In this document: positions 34,629-48,387 of the stretch, one piece after another | How the letters are laid out: each line of letters starts with the position of its first letter | How positions within the stretch are numbered: the stretch's first letter is position 1 | Assembly (NCBI GenBank): GCA_002269645.1 | Contig: NIVC01000104.1 | Span: 773,179 to 837,178 of the forward strand | Source of the DNA: Macrostomum lignano | Taxonomy: Eukaryota | Direction: 5' to 3' | DNA: 64,000 bases | Notes under the pieces: generated by a model | Database searches by the model: none | Told to the model about the DNA's origin: nothing | The model's input: only the letters and a program-made list of their open reading frames with translations | Translations under genes and position numbers: made by a program

Positions 34629-35425
34629 AAACAAAGCGGCGCATGAAACTGCAGGCCAACTATTGATTGATGATGACACGGGACACGACTGCAGTTGGGC
34701 CATTGTGCGGAGCCTAGCTGAAATTCGTAATGTCATTTGTTCACTGTTCGTCGTTATTACCCTAGAGAATTTTACAAAAAGTACATATACAACTTTATGG
34801 CTCATGTCAGGTTGTCAGACAAGAATAAGCAATAAAAAACCGCGTCTGTAATTGAACTTAAAGTGCCGCGGTCAATTAACCATCGTCTTATCTTATCTCA
34901 TCTGCACCCTTTGGCGCGTAAGATGAAAACATGCATATTATAAGCCCATTCCAAATAAGCTCACGTTAGCAATCACGTTAGCTAATTGCCTCGACTTCAA
35001 CCCCCCAGTCAACCCTAATTTACTGTGTTGTCCAGTTCCTCTCTGATTGGCTAGTTCATACCTTTCCTGCCACGCTGATTGGTTGGCTTCACGGCTTTAT
35101 GTTTGAATAATCCGCCCAATCATCAAGACGATCCCGAACCCGATTTCTAGCCAAAGCATTCCGTAGCTTTTATTTAGCTCAGTTCTACACAACTAGCTCT
35201 ATTGTAGTAGAAAAAAAATGCTCAATTTTCAGCGCAAGCGATTTTAATTCGAGCTAAAATGACAACTATTCTGCTGCTCTGCTCCAATTAGCAATCAATA
35301 AAAATTACATTTGCAAAGAAGATCATTTGGCATTTATAAACCAAAAAGTATAGTGTAAGTTTCGTCAAAAATATTTTACTTTTGCTGAACCTGAACGCTT
35401 TTCGCTCCATGTTGGATGTAACTAT

Positions 35426-35694
35426 TATATATACTCAGCAACATCGAAAAGTCGCCATCACAGAACATTCCGTTTGTGGTCGCCACTTTTGAGAGAGCAA
35501 GTAAAGTCTCAATCATTGAGAGTGACGCAACTCAGCTACGCCGTGGCAGACTTGAGTTCAGGAATGAAGTGGGGGGAGCGCAGTGTGCGAGGGTTGGGCG
35601 GATTAAAGCTATTAAACATATTTCAGAATAGTTTATGAGTAAGCGCTCACTGGCGCATAGAGTGGCGTATTTTCAATGTTGCTGAGTATATATA
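35426..35694. mobile_element. ~270-bp MITE with ~25-32-bp TIRs in a (TA)n context
   Basis: tatatatactcagcaacatcgaaaa versus the reverse complement of ttttcaatgttgctgagtatatata (24/25 match). Confidence 0.7.
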
Positions 35695-37476
35695 ATTATA
35701 AGCAGCGCAATAGCTACAATTTTTGGATTAAGGCAAAGAAGCTAAACGACCCATATGCTCAGAAATACTGAAAAGTCGCCATATTGCAAAATGGAGAGTG
35801 AATTCACTTTCTTCAATGGAGAGTGATGTTCGACTAATGTTCTATTGAAGACTCAATTGTTTGACTTTTTCTTATTTCTTAGCTTAGCAAAGAGTATATT
35901 TTAAGCGGAGGTGAACTAACAAAATAAAAGCACAGATACTAGCTATATAATACTATATAATGTTATATACAAAGTAGTATCTGTGAGTAAAAGCAATAGT
36001 CCATCAGACTTTCTTACTATTTTCCATTATTCAGGTCTTAAAATATCTGGGGAATGCTGAATCGAAATAAATAGTCTAAATCAGTAAGTCAGGAAAAATG
36101 GTGACAATATTCTAAAACATTTCATTAAAACAATTTCAGACTATTCTTTCCTATCTCTAAGCAAAGATCTGAACCAAAAGCATTAATGAAAAGGAACTTA
36201 ATATCCCATCATATCCGCCTATACTAAATAATACATACTAAAAACATAAAAACATATTCCGATTCCACGGCTCTATTAAACCTAACTAAGTATTAATATT
36301 AAGTAATAACCCTAGGCCCCTACCAATAAAATAAATGATTCTGATCAACTTCGAATGAGCTACCATGTATACTCCAATAATCATCAAAAACTAAAGTATC
36401 GAAGCAATTAAGGCTAGGATTTAAGGGCAACAGCTAAAAGTTTATAGTTTGGAGACCATGAATAAATCTCTGGGTGACATACGACAGAAAACATTGTCGA
36501 ATAAATTGTTTTATTCGAATGCTTGAATTTTGGTAAGCAGAAAATTAAGGAAAAGGTTTTAAACTTAAAAAAATACTGTTGATATGAAAAATATTTTTGT
36601 AAAACATTGAAACAAAACTATCGACTGCATTACTGGCTTTGAGTGTTAAATAACATGTTTTGCAAGATTTTTTAATATTTTATTTAGTGTTTAGCTAGTT
36701 AAACTCAGTTTTTGAGCAAACTCAGGTTTGAAAGCCGGACAGACTAAACAAAAAATACAACACGTCGACGACGTCAACCACAACAGCTTTACATTTTGAC
36801 GTTGCTTCATAGTCTTCTTAAGACATGTTAAGTCTGACTAAAACATAGCACATATGTCTGACTAAGACATACTTTAATAATAGAATAGGCTCCTTAGTTA
36901 TCATGACTATGGGCCTATGAGTAGGCCTATGACTAGATAAACTTATCTGGCTATGGATATAATCATAATATTAAAAATTAAAAATAAATACCAATAGCTA
37001 TGCTCAATTTAAATTCAACCATAGAGTTCCACTTCCATTATAGGCCTAGCTATTGATATGGCTACAGAAAGTTACAGATATGGAGGTTTTTTGGCAAAGC
37101 ATATAGATATGCAACAATGGATAGGCCCTAATGGTTATAGGAACACATATTCCCATATCTAGTTCCTATATATCTAGTAATAATACTCAACTGAGAATTG
37201 AAAGACCATTGGAACTGTTGATTTGATAGGGTTAAGATAGTAGAAATAAATGAATGTTGCCAGTTTCTAAGAGAGAAGAACTTAAGTCTTGGAATTTAAG
37301 ACTTAAGTGGGCAGCGCATGACCAAGACCGCCACACACCAAGACCGCCACAGTTCTTACTGGCTACTGGAATTGAGGGGGAGCTACCAATCTTCCAGCAT
37401 TGCTATTGGTTGTGATGGGTTGTGGAGTTAGATGAGGAAGAAGCGTCCCAAGATTGGTCAGGAATAAGATGAATAA

Positions 37477-38436
37477 TTAAGTGAACATGAAGACAAAGTG
37501 CCGTCCATTTGTCTCTGGCACAGTAACGTCCTGCAAATGGAACTCTGGGGGCACGTGCTCGGGATCAACCTGAAAATAGATGTTAGCTGGCTCCGCGGGG
37601 CGGCTTTTTTTACGAGAATAATTAGCATTGCGACTTAAGGAATCTATATTAATCACTGCTTGCACTTCTTAGGGGAGGTCTCTTACTTTCTCCTCAGCGA
37701 TGATGCAAGCAGATTTGAATGGCGCTCGCTTTGCTTCCGCTTTTACCTGAGCTGCAATACGTCGTTTTTTAACTGGCTGATCAACTGGATCGCAGGTGTG
37801 CTCTTTCAAGGCTTCAATGGTTCCGTCTTGTCGCTTGACGGCTGAGCCCAGGCATTTCGGTGCAGTTTTGTTGCAACGGTAGTAAGTGTTGCCGTTTCGC
37901 CGGCTCTTGACATGCATCAAGCGGCCAAGATCACGCCTGACGTACTGCACCAGCAAGTCTTTGCCGTGGCTGAATCCAGCACTTGGAAAATGCTCAAAAG
38001 CCTGCGGAGGTGGGCTACGAGGCGGCGCCAACTCTGCTGGAGGCTGGTGAATGGATTCTTCGAGCACAGGTTCAGCGTCAGCAAAATCGGGATACTGAAA
38101 TAAAAACCTATCTTCCACTTCTAGATGAGGGACTGGAAGCAATGGCTCCTCTTGGTCAATAGGCTCACCACCTGGTCCTGATCCTGAAAAGGTTGGCGGC
38201 ACAGTAGCTGCTGGGGCAGCTGATTGTGCAGATGAAGGCGCACCTGTAGTTGGCCTAAGGCATCGGTTGCACAGCCAGAAAAACTCGCCTAGACGTTTCA
38301 TCGCAGCGTACTGCTCTGGCGTTATACGACTGTTACACGCACGATGCTGCCATTCGCTACACTGCGAGCACTCAATAGCTTCCTCTCCATTGACAACAGG
38401 CTGCACACACACTACACATGGGTATGCACCTGCCAT
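37477..38436 (-). pseudogene. PHD finger-FLYWCH-MULE transposase, with one in-frame stop and truncated before the DDE domain
   Basis: PHD: CVVC...ECSQCSEWQHRAC...FWLCNRC. FLYWCH-like: TYYRCNKTAPKCLGSAV...EHTC. After TAA (37669-37671) the same frame continues NANYSRKKSRPAEP..IYFQVDPEHVPPEFHLQDV....RHFVF, the region that precedes the MULE DDE. Confidence 0.8.
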
Positions 38437-38689
38437 TTTAATGCTATATTTCTTGATCAAAAACTATTTAAGCTCCGATATCAGAAAACCAGTTTTTATT
38501 ATATAGATATGCTAATCTAATACAGTTATACATAAACAGAAAATTCAAAATTCGGGGCCCGTATCAGTGGGGGGGGGGATAACTGCTATTTGATGAGCGC
38601 CCAGCCAATGAGAGTTCTGGAATTTTTGGAAGAGCGATCAATCCACTGCCAAAAATAAATTTTATGGTAAAAAATCACTGTTTCTTACC

Positions 38690-38990
38690 CACTGTTTCAC
38701 CCAATGTTTCACCCACTGTTTCACCCACTGTTTCACCCACTGTTTCACCACTGTTTCACCCACTGTTTCACCCACTGTTTCACCCAATGTTTCACCCACT
38801 GTTTCACCCACTGTTTCACCCACTGTTTCACCCACTGTTTCACCCAATGTTTCACCCACTGTTTCACCCACTGTTTCACCCACTGCTTCACCCAATGTTT
38901 CACCCACTGTTTCACCCACTGTTTCACCCAATGTTTCACCCACTGTTTCACCCACTGTTTCACCCACTGTTTCACCCAATGTTTCACCTA
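38690..38990. repeat. 12-bp minisatellite (cccactgtttca) inside the MULE
   Basis: Tandem copies. Confidence 0.95.
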
Positions 38991-39014
38991 CTGTTTCTCA
39001 CCCATTGTTTCTCG

Positions 39015-39905
39015 GAGAGTGGAGAGAGGGTGAGAGTGGAGAGAGGGTGAGAGTGGAGAGAGGGTAAGAGTGGAGAGAGGGTGAGAGTTGAAAGAGACTG
39101 AGAGTAGAGGGTGAGAGTAAAGAGAGGCTGAGAGTTGAAAGAGACTGAGAGTAGAGGGTGAGAGTGGAGAGAGGGTGAGAGTTGAAAGAGACTGAGAGTG
39201 AAGAGAGGCCGAAAGTGGAGAGAGGGTGAGAGTAAAGAGAGGCTGAAAGTGGAGAGAGGTTGAGAGTTGAAAGAGACTGAGAGTAGAGGGTGAGAGTGGA
39301 GAGAGGGTGAGAGTTGAAAGAGACTGAGAGTAGAGGGTGAGAGTGGAGAGAGGCTGAGAGTTGAAAGAGACTGAGAGTAGAGGGTGAGAGTGGAGAGAGG
39401 GTGAGAGTTGAAAGAGACTGAGAGTGAAGAGAGGCCGAAAGTGGAGAGAGGTTGAGAGTAGCCGTAGAGGGTAAGAGTGGACAGATGCTGAGAGTTGAAA
39501 GAGACTGAGTGAAGAGAGGATGAGAGTGGAGAGAGGGTGAGAGTTGAAAGAGACTGAGAGTAGAGGCTGAGAGTAAAGAGAGGCTGAGAGTTGAAAGAGA
39601 CTGAGAGTAGAGGGTGAGAGTGGAGAGAGGGTGAGAGTTGAAAGAGACTGAGAGTGAAGAGAGGCCGAAAATGGAGAGAGGTTGAGAGTAGCCGTAGAGG
39701 GTAAGAGTGGACAGATGCTGAGAGTTGAAAGAGACTGAGTGAAGAGAGGATGAGAGTGGAGAGAGGGTGAGAGTTGAAAGAGACTGAGAGTAGAGGGTGA
39801 GAGTAAAGAGAGGCTGAAAGTGGAGAGAGGCTGAAAGTAAAGAGAGACTGAAAGTGGAGAGAGGCTGAGAGTGGAGAGAGGGTGAGAGTGGAGGGAGGGT
39901 GAGAG
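39015..39905. repeat. Purine-rich compound minisatellite (gagagtggagagagggt / gagagttgaaagagact) inside the MULE
   Basis: Tandem degenerate units of ~15-17 bp with higher-order repetition. Confidence 0.9.
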
Positions 39906-42900
39906 GAGACAGTGTGAGATAATTAAAGAGAGACCTCGAGAGATTATTTCCTAATCCAATTTAGCTGTACAGAGCATGGATATACATGTACCTGTATCTA
40001 TCACACAATGCGCATACTGTATACCAGGTCGATCATTGCCAATTGATTGCATGGTAAATTAAAAGCAAGTAGTGTAGCGACATACTGTCCGGCTGTTGTA
40101 TGGTCAGAACGGCGTACAAGCACGAGTATACTACTGGTACCCAATGTGATGTACAAATGTACATTTATAGCTATTATACGTTCAAATAGTTTTAGAACGT
40201 ATTTTTTAATGAACAGGGAGAACATCCGAAATCAAAGTAAACGATTACATGTACATGTGATGTACATGCATTTTCGTGCCATACATTTTGATTGTATTAA
40301 GAGCGATCACAGTAACTTTTGAGTGAGTGATCATGTGTGCGAGTGAGTGAGCGAGTGAGCTAAATGAGAGGGTGAGAGAGTGAGTGAGTTATATAGTGAT
40401 TGAGTGATTCAAAAGTGAGTATATGAAAGCTGCTTACCAGGCCTCGGTACAACTCGATCGAGGCCCAGCTAGTACATATCACGGACTACTTGAGTGTCGT
40501 TTTATAGGAAGCCTGTACATGTACACGTAATAAAAACGGTATGGCTGCACAACTCACCAATGGCACATTGGCAATCGAACATGCTCGAATCACACATGAA
40601 AACTAACATTATAACAAATTATAACAATGACAACCAACTCAAGGACCACATTCAAAACTGCGAATTAAGAATGTAGTTAAGTCAAGAGCCTTTTTTCACA
40701 GCTTTCTACTAAAAGTAGCTGTTTATTTAGGATTGATAGTTCCTTTACAATTCAAATTGAATGAAAAAAACAAGGGCTCACTCACAGTCTCGCACCCACC
40801 CGGCCCGCTCACTCACCGGTTCCTCTCTCGCGGCCTTGTCGTCCCCATCTCACCCCTCCCCAGCACCATCCAATAACATGACGAGCCAAATTCCTCCCCC
40901 TAGCTCCCCCAAGTGTGGCGGTCTTGGTGTGTGGCGGTCTTGGTCCTACACCAAGTGGGCCTATCAACATATATTGTAAATGCCATATCCACATTATGGC
41001 TAAGAGGTAAGGGCTAAAATTAAGATAAATGTTTTCACTTTCTAAGGAGAGTTCTTAAGTCCTTGCATAGATTTAGAGACTTAGCAACAGAGTTTCGATG
41101 CCATATATATGTAATATATTTGGTTGGTAGGGGGCTAATATTAAGATGAATATTTTCCCTTTCAATGCAGGAAGAGCTCTTAAGTCTACAGGGTTAGGGA
41201 CTTAAACAACAGTCTAAGTTTCAACACCATATGCACATTAGGATTGGGTAGGCCTAGTGGAGCTAAATTTAAGATAAATGTTTTCACATTCAATTTAAGG
41301 GTCAAAAGAAGCTTAAAGTCCTTAGAATTAGGGACTCAAGCAACAAAGAACCTTATTGCAGCATATGGCTTAGGTGTGCCAGATGCCTACTCTAACTATG
41401 CCATGGTAGCACCCAAAAATAATGGATAGACCAGAGGAGCTGTCGGGAGCATGTCTCTTACCACCTCCTATTTTGGCTATTGCTTTGCTACGCCATGTTG
41501 CATATTTGATTAAGGGCTGATTAAGTGTTCCTATTGCCTCTTGCCATTTTGCCATGCTGCACCTCCTACTGCTTCACCATGCCACGCTGCACTTCTTGCT
41601 GCTTTGTCACGCTGTGCCGCACTATGCCATGCCATGCCATACCATGTGTTATACCACACTATGCACCAAGCTGATCTACACCAAACACCATCTGCCAAAA
41701 TGTCTATACATTGCAATGAGGACAAAGAAAGAAAGGCTTAACACTATATACACATTAAGGTCAGAATAAGAAGGTTTAAAGTTAAGATGTTTTTACTTTT
41801 AACGTAAAAAAGCTCTTAAGTCCCTAGGGTCAGGTACTCAAAACAAAATTTTTGACACCACATGCACATTGTAGTTGGAGTGGTAAAGGCTTAAGTTAAA
41901 AAGAATTAAGCCAATGGGGAAGCTACCTAGTATCTGCCACTATCAAAAAAGCTATATTGCAAGAGGCTTCTTGGAAACCAACTGATGAGTAGGCCATTGC
42001 CCTTGCAAAAGATCTTGGTAAGAATTGGAGATTATTACTTTAATTACTTAAACAATATGAAAAAAAGAGTGAGGAGAAAGAAAAGAAGGAGAAAGGAGAA
42101 AGAAAGGAAAAAAGGGAGAGAAAAGAGTTGTAAAGGGGAGGAAAGAAGAAAGAGAGAAGAAAAAAGGGAGCAGAAAAGAAAGGGGGAAGAAGAGAGAAGA
42201 GGTGTTAGTGTCTGAGGCTGAGACATAAGATTGTGAAGCCCAATGCAGTATTGGTGAAGCTAGCCTTAGCCTTTAGTTAGATTGAGTCCTCTAGTTGAGT
42301 GGAGTGGCTCAAGTTAACTTTTTCTATTATTTGATCCTGCACAAGCTTAGCTATATAAAATAGGTATACTGTACTTCTACAATGGTTAGGACCATAGACG
42401 ACTTTTTGTAAAGCTAATAGCACAGAATAAAAGTTCCTTTGAATCAAATCAAACATTACTATGGCATCTAACTAGAGGGAAGAGGGGATAGAAGAGAGAA
42501 TGTTTGCCCTTAGCCTCGCCTGTGTGATCCATACATGCCCAATTTCAAAATTTCACCTGGTTGTGCAACTTACTTTTTTATCAAAAATGTGACTTACTTA
42601 TAAAAGAAACCCTAAATAAAAAATCAATGTAATTTTGGGTAAATGGCAAGAATACCTATAACTATATTATTAAGGCTAATTCCTCGTCATCTAATTAGTA
42701 CTTTGCCTGTATTTTTTGGGTTGGCATCTTTGCAACTTACCTTGGCAGACCTCTTCCTACCTGGCTGAATTGTCTGGGTTGGCCAGGTGTTAGGCATATA
42801 TGGTATAGTCCCTACAGGCTGATCAAGCAATAGCACTTTGTGTAGCAGCTCAGGGCAGCAGGCCTTTGACTTGATGACATGGCCAGCATCATGTGCACCT

Positions 42901-44427
42901 TTGTGTAGAGCTTGGCATTGGTCTCACTGTCTAGACTGCTACATGCTCTAAACACTGCACACAGCATGGCTGCATGCCTCCAGCTGCCTCTTCAAGGCAT
43001 CTATCAGGGTCTAGGTCTTGGCATTGTATAATAGTTATGGAAAGTTTAATAGCTATAGATATAGATATGGATATTGAAAAAAGTGTCTATGGTAGAACTC
43101 TATTAGAGATTAGACTGTATATTAATATAATGACAATGTTTAGTCAATTCTAGCTCCTAGTTATGCTTTTAAAAGTATATATGTTATATTATATATTATA
43201 TTATATTGACAATTTTTATATTCTGAATTTTTGATAAATATATTATTTTCTAAGCCTAATCCATTCCTAATATTGCTTAAAGACATACTAAATACTACAT
43301 GGTTCTATATTACCATGGTATATTCCTAATTATAGGCCATATATGCCAAGTTTTGTTATAATATGAATAAACAGATACTTTTTCTGAACTTAATTATGTG
43401 TATACAGTATACCTAGATAGATAAATAAATATAGAACACTTCTTATTTTAGTACATAAGAGGTTAGATTATATTCATACTATGCATATACTAAAATAGAT
43501 TAAGAAATAGGTCTAATAGGCTAGGCCCTACCCAGGGAAACAGTTAATTTAAGTAATAAATTGATGATTGTTTTTTGTTCTTATTGTCATTGTGACTTGT
43601 TAGATTAAGCTAAGGCTAAAAAATCCCTATGTGGCACAATGGCACTAACAATATTGCATATGATTGTCTTCTTTTATGAGCAACCTCCGTGCAACCATGC
43701 AGCCATGCAACTTGTTTTAATCAAAATATAGCTTAGTTTTGTGATTTACATAAGACAGAATAATAAATGTTCAATTTATTACCAAATTTTATCAAAAGAG
43801 TAAAAATTGTCAAATACAGTGTAAATTTTGTGACTTACCCTTGGTCTACCTCAATTTATGCTGGCCACATTAGCTGGGTCAACTAGAAGTTGTGCATATA
43901 TGACTATGACTGCCTACAACCTTGCTACAATAAGAATTTTCCCTTATAAATAGCATTTTCAAGAATAAAGGTCTATTGAGCTCTGAGTTTTTATTTCATA
44001 GTGTGTCTGAAAGCAACTTAATGTTTGCATCCTAAATTTTGACCCTATATGCCATTTAATTTGTTTCATATTTTCTAATTCATATTTCATTACAAGTATC
44101 AATACTTTTTATAGTTATTGACATTCTTGGGATTTCAAGACTTCTGCAACTTCTGTGAGTCGGAGAGGCACTGTGTAATTTAGATTTCAGTTCTTAAAGA
44201 AGCCAGATATAGCTCCAGTTCATAAGTTCTTAAATTATCTTAATTTAGCCAAATTTTCATCTATCTATAGCCTAATAAACTATAGGTTAAGACTACCATT
44301 TACTTTTTTGAGATGATAAACTATAATGTTTTCTGCAATTCTTCTGCTTAGCAAAGTCATCCAGCTAGCAACTGGTGCAACCTCATCTTGCCAATAGATA
44401 TCATATCAATAAGAGACATCTATAAGA

Positions 44428-47400
44428 ATGTCTAGCAAATCTGGAACTACTAAGCGCAAGTCTGAGCGAGTGCGCACCACCAGCACTACTGAGTCTGAGG
44501 CTTCAAGCGCTGCCGCCGCTGCCCAGAGTGAAGTCTCGGCCACGACTGTTTCTCCACAGAAGGTGTCTGGAAGCACTGTTACTACTACCACTACCTCTAG
44601 TCGAAAGGTAAATTTGAAAGTATCCATTTTACTGTAGGAAGGAATTTAATACCGAATTTATTGTAATAAACAAGTCGTAATTAATCTTAAGCTAGCACCC
44701 TAGGATACCCTGAAGCACCACTGGTCTTCTGACTACTGTAGTTCCAGATGGAGGTAACAGAATGGTCCCCTGAAGCTCCTTGGTGTGAGTCTCTGAAGCT
44801 CCTTGGTGTGAGTCCCTGAAGCTTCTTCCTGTGGGTATCAGGCTCCCCTGAAGCTTCTTCCTGTGAGTATCAGGCTCCCCTGAAGCTTCTTCCTGTGGGT
44901 ATCATGGTCCCTGAAGCTTCTTCCTGTGGGTATCAGGGACCCCTGAAGCTTCTTCCTGTGGGTATCAGGCTCCCCTGAAGCTTCTTCCTGTGAGTATCAG
45001 GCTCCCCTGAAGCTTCTTCCTGTGGGTATCATGGTCCCTGAAGCTTCTTCCTGTGGGTATCAGGGACCCCTGAAGCTTCTTCCTGTGGGTATCAGGCTCC
45101 CCTGAAGCTTCTTCCTGTGGGTATCAGGCTCCCCTGAAGCTTCTTCCTGTGGGTATCAGGCTCCCCTGAAGCTTCTTCCTGTGGGTATCAGGCTCCCCTG
45201 AAGCTTCTTCCTGTGAGTATCATGGTCCCTGAAGCTTCTTCCTGTGGGTATCATGGTCCCTGAAGCTTCTTCCTGTGGGTATCAGGCTGGCTCCCCTGAA
45301 GCTTCTTCCTGTGGATATCAGGCTCCCCTGAAGCTTCTTTCTGTGAGTATCAGGCTCCCCTGAAGCTTCTTCCTGTGGGTATCAGGCTCCCCTGAAGCTT
45401 CTTCCTGTGGATATCAGGCTCCCCTGAAGCTTCTTCCTGTGGATATCAGGCTCCCCTGAAGCTTCTTCCTGTGAGTATCAGGCTCCCCTGAAGCTTCTTC
45501 CTGTGGGTATCAGGCTCCCCTGAAGCTTCTTTCTGTGAGTATCATGGTCCCTGAAGCTTCTTCCTGTGGGTATCAGGCTCCCCTGAAGCTTCTTCCTGTG
45601 GGTATCAGGCTCTCCTGAAGCTTCTTCCTGTGAGTATCATGGTCCCTGAAGCTTCTTCCGGTGGGTATCAGGCTCCCCTGAAGCTTCTTACTGTGGATAT
45701 CAGGCTCCCCTGAAGCTTCTTTCTGTGAGTATCATGGTCCCTGAAGCTTCTTCCTGTGAGTATCAGGCTCCCCTGAAGCTTCTTCCTGTGAGTATCATGG
45801 TCCCCTGAAGCTCCATGCTGTGTGTCATGGTCCCCTGAAGACCCTGCAATAGATTCCCCTGACTACTATTTAACTAAAATAAACAAGTATCTAATGAAGT
45901 CAAGCACTAAAACTCCAGGTGACCAAGTCTTCTCTAACTGGCGCCCCAACTGTTGGCGCCGCCTCAGGCGAGCCGTCAACCTCGGGCGGCGCCGCTGGCG
46001 CCAGGCGTCGCTCCCGCAGCCCGTTAGCGATCTCTCGCGAACAAGAAAAAGAAGAATTGGCTCATTTGAACACGCAGCTGGCCTGCTACATTGAATTTGT
46101 CCGGTCGCAGCAGCAGTCTGCCGATACAGTCCGGCGTCAATATGAAACCTTGAGCGAATCGATGACTCACGAACGGGAAGAATCTAGCGGCTTATACGAA
46201 CGAGAGATTAACGGCCTTCGTCATCAGTTGGATAAGCTGGCCGGAGAGAGGGCGGCGCTGCAGTTGGCCTTGGACAAAGCCAATGGAGAACGAGCCGAGG
46301 CTGACAAGTTTGTTTAGCTTTTGTTGTTGCTGTTGTTGTTTTGCTAACTGTAGTGAAAGTTTATTACGAGCTAATTTATATCCTACGAAGTATCCCTTCC
46401 AAAACTCCGAAAGTTGTTCTAGCAATGTCCAACACTATTTTGGTTTTCGGAGTTATGATATTTCGGTTTTGTGATATTTCGGTTTTGGGTCCATGAGAAT
46501 TGCCCACCGAGGTTTGCCCGCAATGCTTTTTTTCCTGCAGCGCATTTATCCACACGGCAGATTTTGTCCGCATTGCCTCCCCAATGCTTAGTAAGTTTTA
46601 ATAGAGATTACCCGATCAAAACGTCTTGATAGTAACTGCATATCAAATGCATATATTCTTTTGGGGGGAGGCAATGCAGACAGAATCTAGCTGCCAAATG
46701 CGTTGCAGGAAAAAAGCATTGCGGGCAAACCTCGGCGGGCAATTCGTCTGTGGGAATTTCTCGTGCTCCCTTCGGTTTTATGATACTTCGGATTTGTGAT
46801 GGGTGTTGCTAGCAAGTTCGGAGTTATTATATTTCGGGCTTGTGATGCCATCCACTCAAATGCACTTAAGACGCTACTCAGTGATTCTACAGCTACTCTA
46901 GAACGCCTTAAATACTGCCTGAGACCTCTTTCGCCTAGATCACCTTCGCCGAAACCTCTTTCGCCTAGATCACCTTCGCCGAAACCTCTTTCGCCTAGAT
47001 CACCTTCGCCGAAACCTCTTTCGCCTAGATCACCTTCGCCGAAACCTCTTTCGCCTAGATCACCTTCGCCGAAACCTCTTTCGCCTAGATCACCTTCGCC
47101 GAAACCTCTTTCGCCTAAATCACCTTCGCCGAAACCTCTTTTGCCTAGATCACCTTCGCCGAAACCTCTTTTGCCTAGATCACCTTCGCCGAAACCTCTT
47201 TCGCCTAGATCACCTTCGCCGAAACCTCTTTCGCCTAGATCACCTTCGCCGAAACCTCTTGTTCCCTTTATAACTCCCGACCAGGTAAAGCTGTATTGCA
47301 CCAAAAACTCGCACAAACCTGATTACTTATTCCTTCCGCGCGGACAGACGCGCCGCAGGCCTGGAGCGCACTCTGAAAGAGCAGGAGCGCCAGCTGGATC

Positions 47401-48289
47401 GCCTAGCCGAAGCCGATACTGAAGCGCGCAACGCTCGCGCCGATGCTGATCGGCTGCGCAGTCAGCTGGCCGCCGCCGAGAAAGAGGCCGCCTCAGTAGC
47501 CAAGGAGCTGGCCGCCGCTCGTAAAGGCCTGGCCAATGCTGAGCGCAACGAACGCGACGCTAAACGACTGCAGGCTGAGCTAAACGATAGCCAGGCCCAG
47601 CTGAAAGCGATGCGGGACCAGCTGGAGACTGAGGTAAGCTTATGCGATAATATTAAGCTTACGATAATAAGCATATACAAGATCTTGATCAGGAGTCTGA
47701 TACCCAGCAATCAGATCTCAGATCTCAGCTATCAGATTTTGGAGCACGAGAATTTCCTGCAGGAATTTTTCCCGCCGAGCTTTCCCCGCACTAGTTTTTC
47801 CCGCCGAGTTTTTTCCCGCACGAGTTTTTCCCGCCGAGCTTTCCCCGCAGCGAGTTTTTCCCGCCGAGTTTTTTCCCGCACGAGATTTTCCCGCCAAGCT
47901 TTCCCCGCAGCGAGTTTTTCCCGCCGAGTTTTTTCCCGCACGAGATTTTCCCGCCGAGCTTTCCCCGCAGCGAGTTTTTCCCGCCGAGTTTTTTCCCGCA
48001 CGAGATTTTCCCGCCGAGTTTTTTCCCGCACGAGATTTTCCCGCAGCGAGTTTTTCCCGCCGAGTTTTTTCCTGCACGAGATTTTCCCGCTGAGCTTTCC
48101 CCGCAGCGAGTTTTTCCCGCCGAGTTTTTTCCCGCACGAGATTTTCCCGCCGAGTTTTTTCCCGCAGCGAGTTTTTCCCGCCGAGTTTTTTCCCGCAGCG
48201 AGTTTTTCCCGCACAGACTTTTTCCAGCAGAAAGATTTTCCCGCAAGAAATTTCTCGTGATTGTCTGTTTACCTTCCTACCTTCCTACC

Positions 48290-48387
<98 letters not shown>

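Larger units (their letters stand above)
37313..40952. mobile_element. Internally deleted Mutator-like (MULE) DNA transposon, 3.64 kb
   Basis: TIR core gaccaagaccgccacacaccaagaccgccaca at 37320 and inverted at 40913-40945; TSD aagtgggc at 37305-37312 and 40953-40960. Confidence 0.85.

Noticed and set aside
46687-47422. ([10 protein letters not shown])n and ([10 protein letters not shown])n ORFs resembling SR-rich or collagen-like proteins
   Set aside because: They are a 30-bp minisatellite within lamin intron 2.
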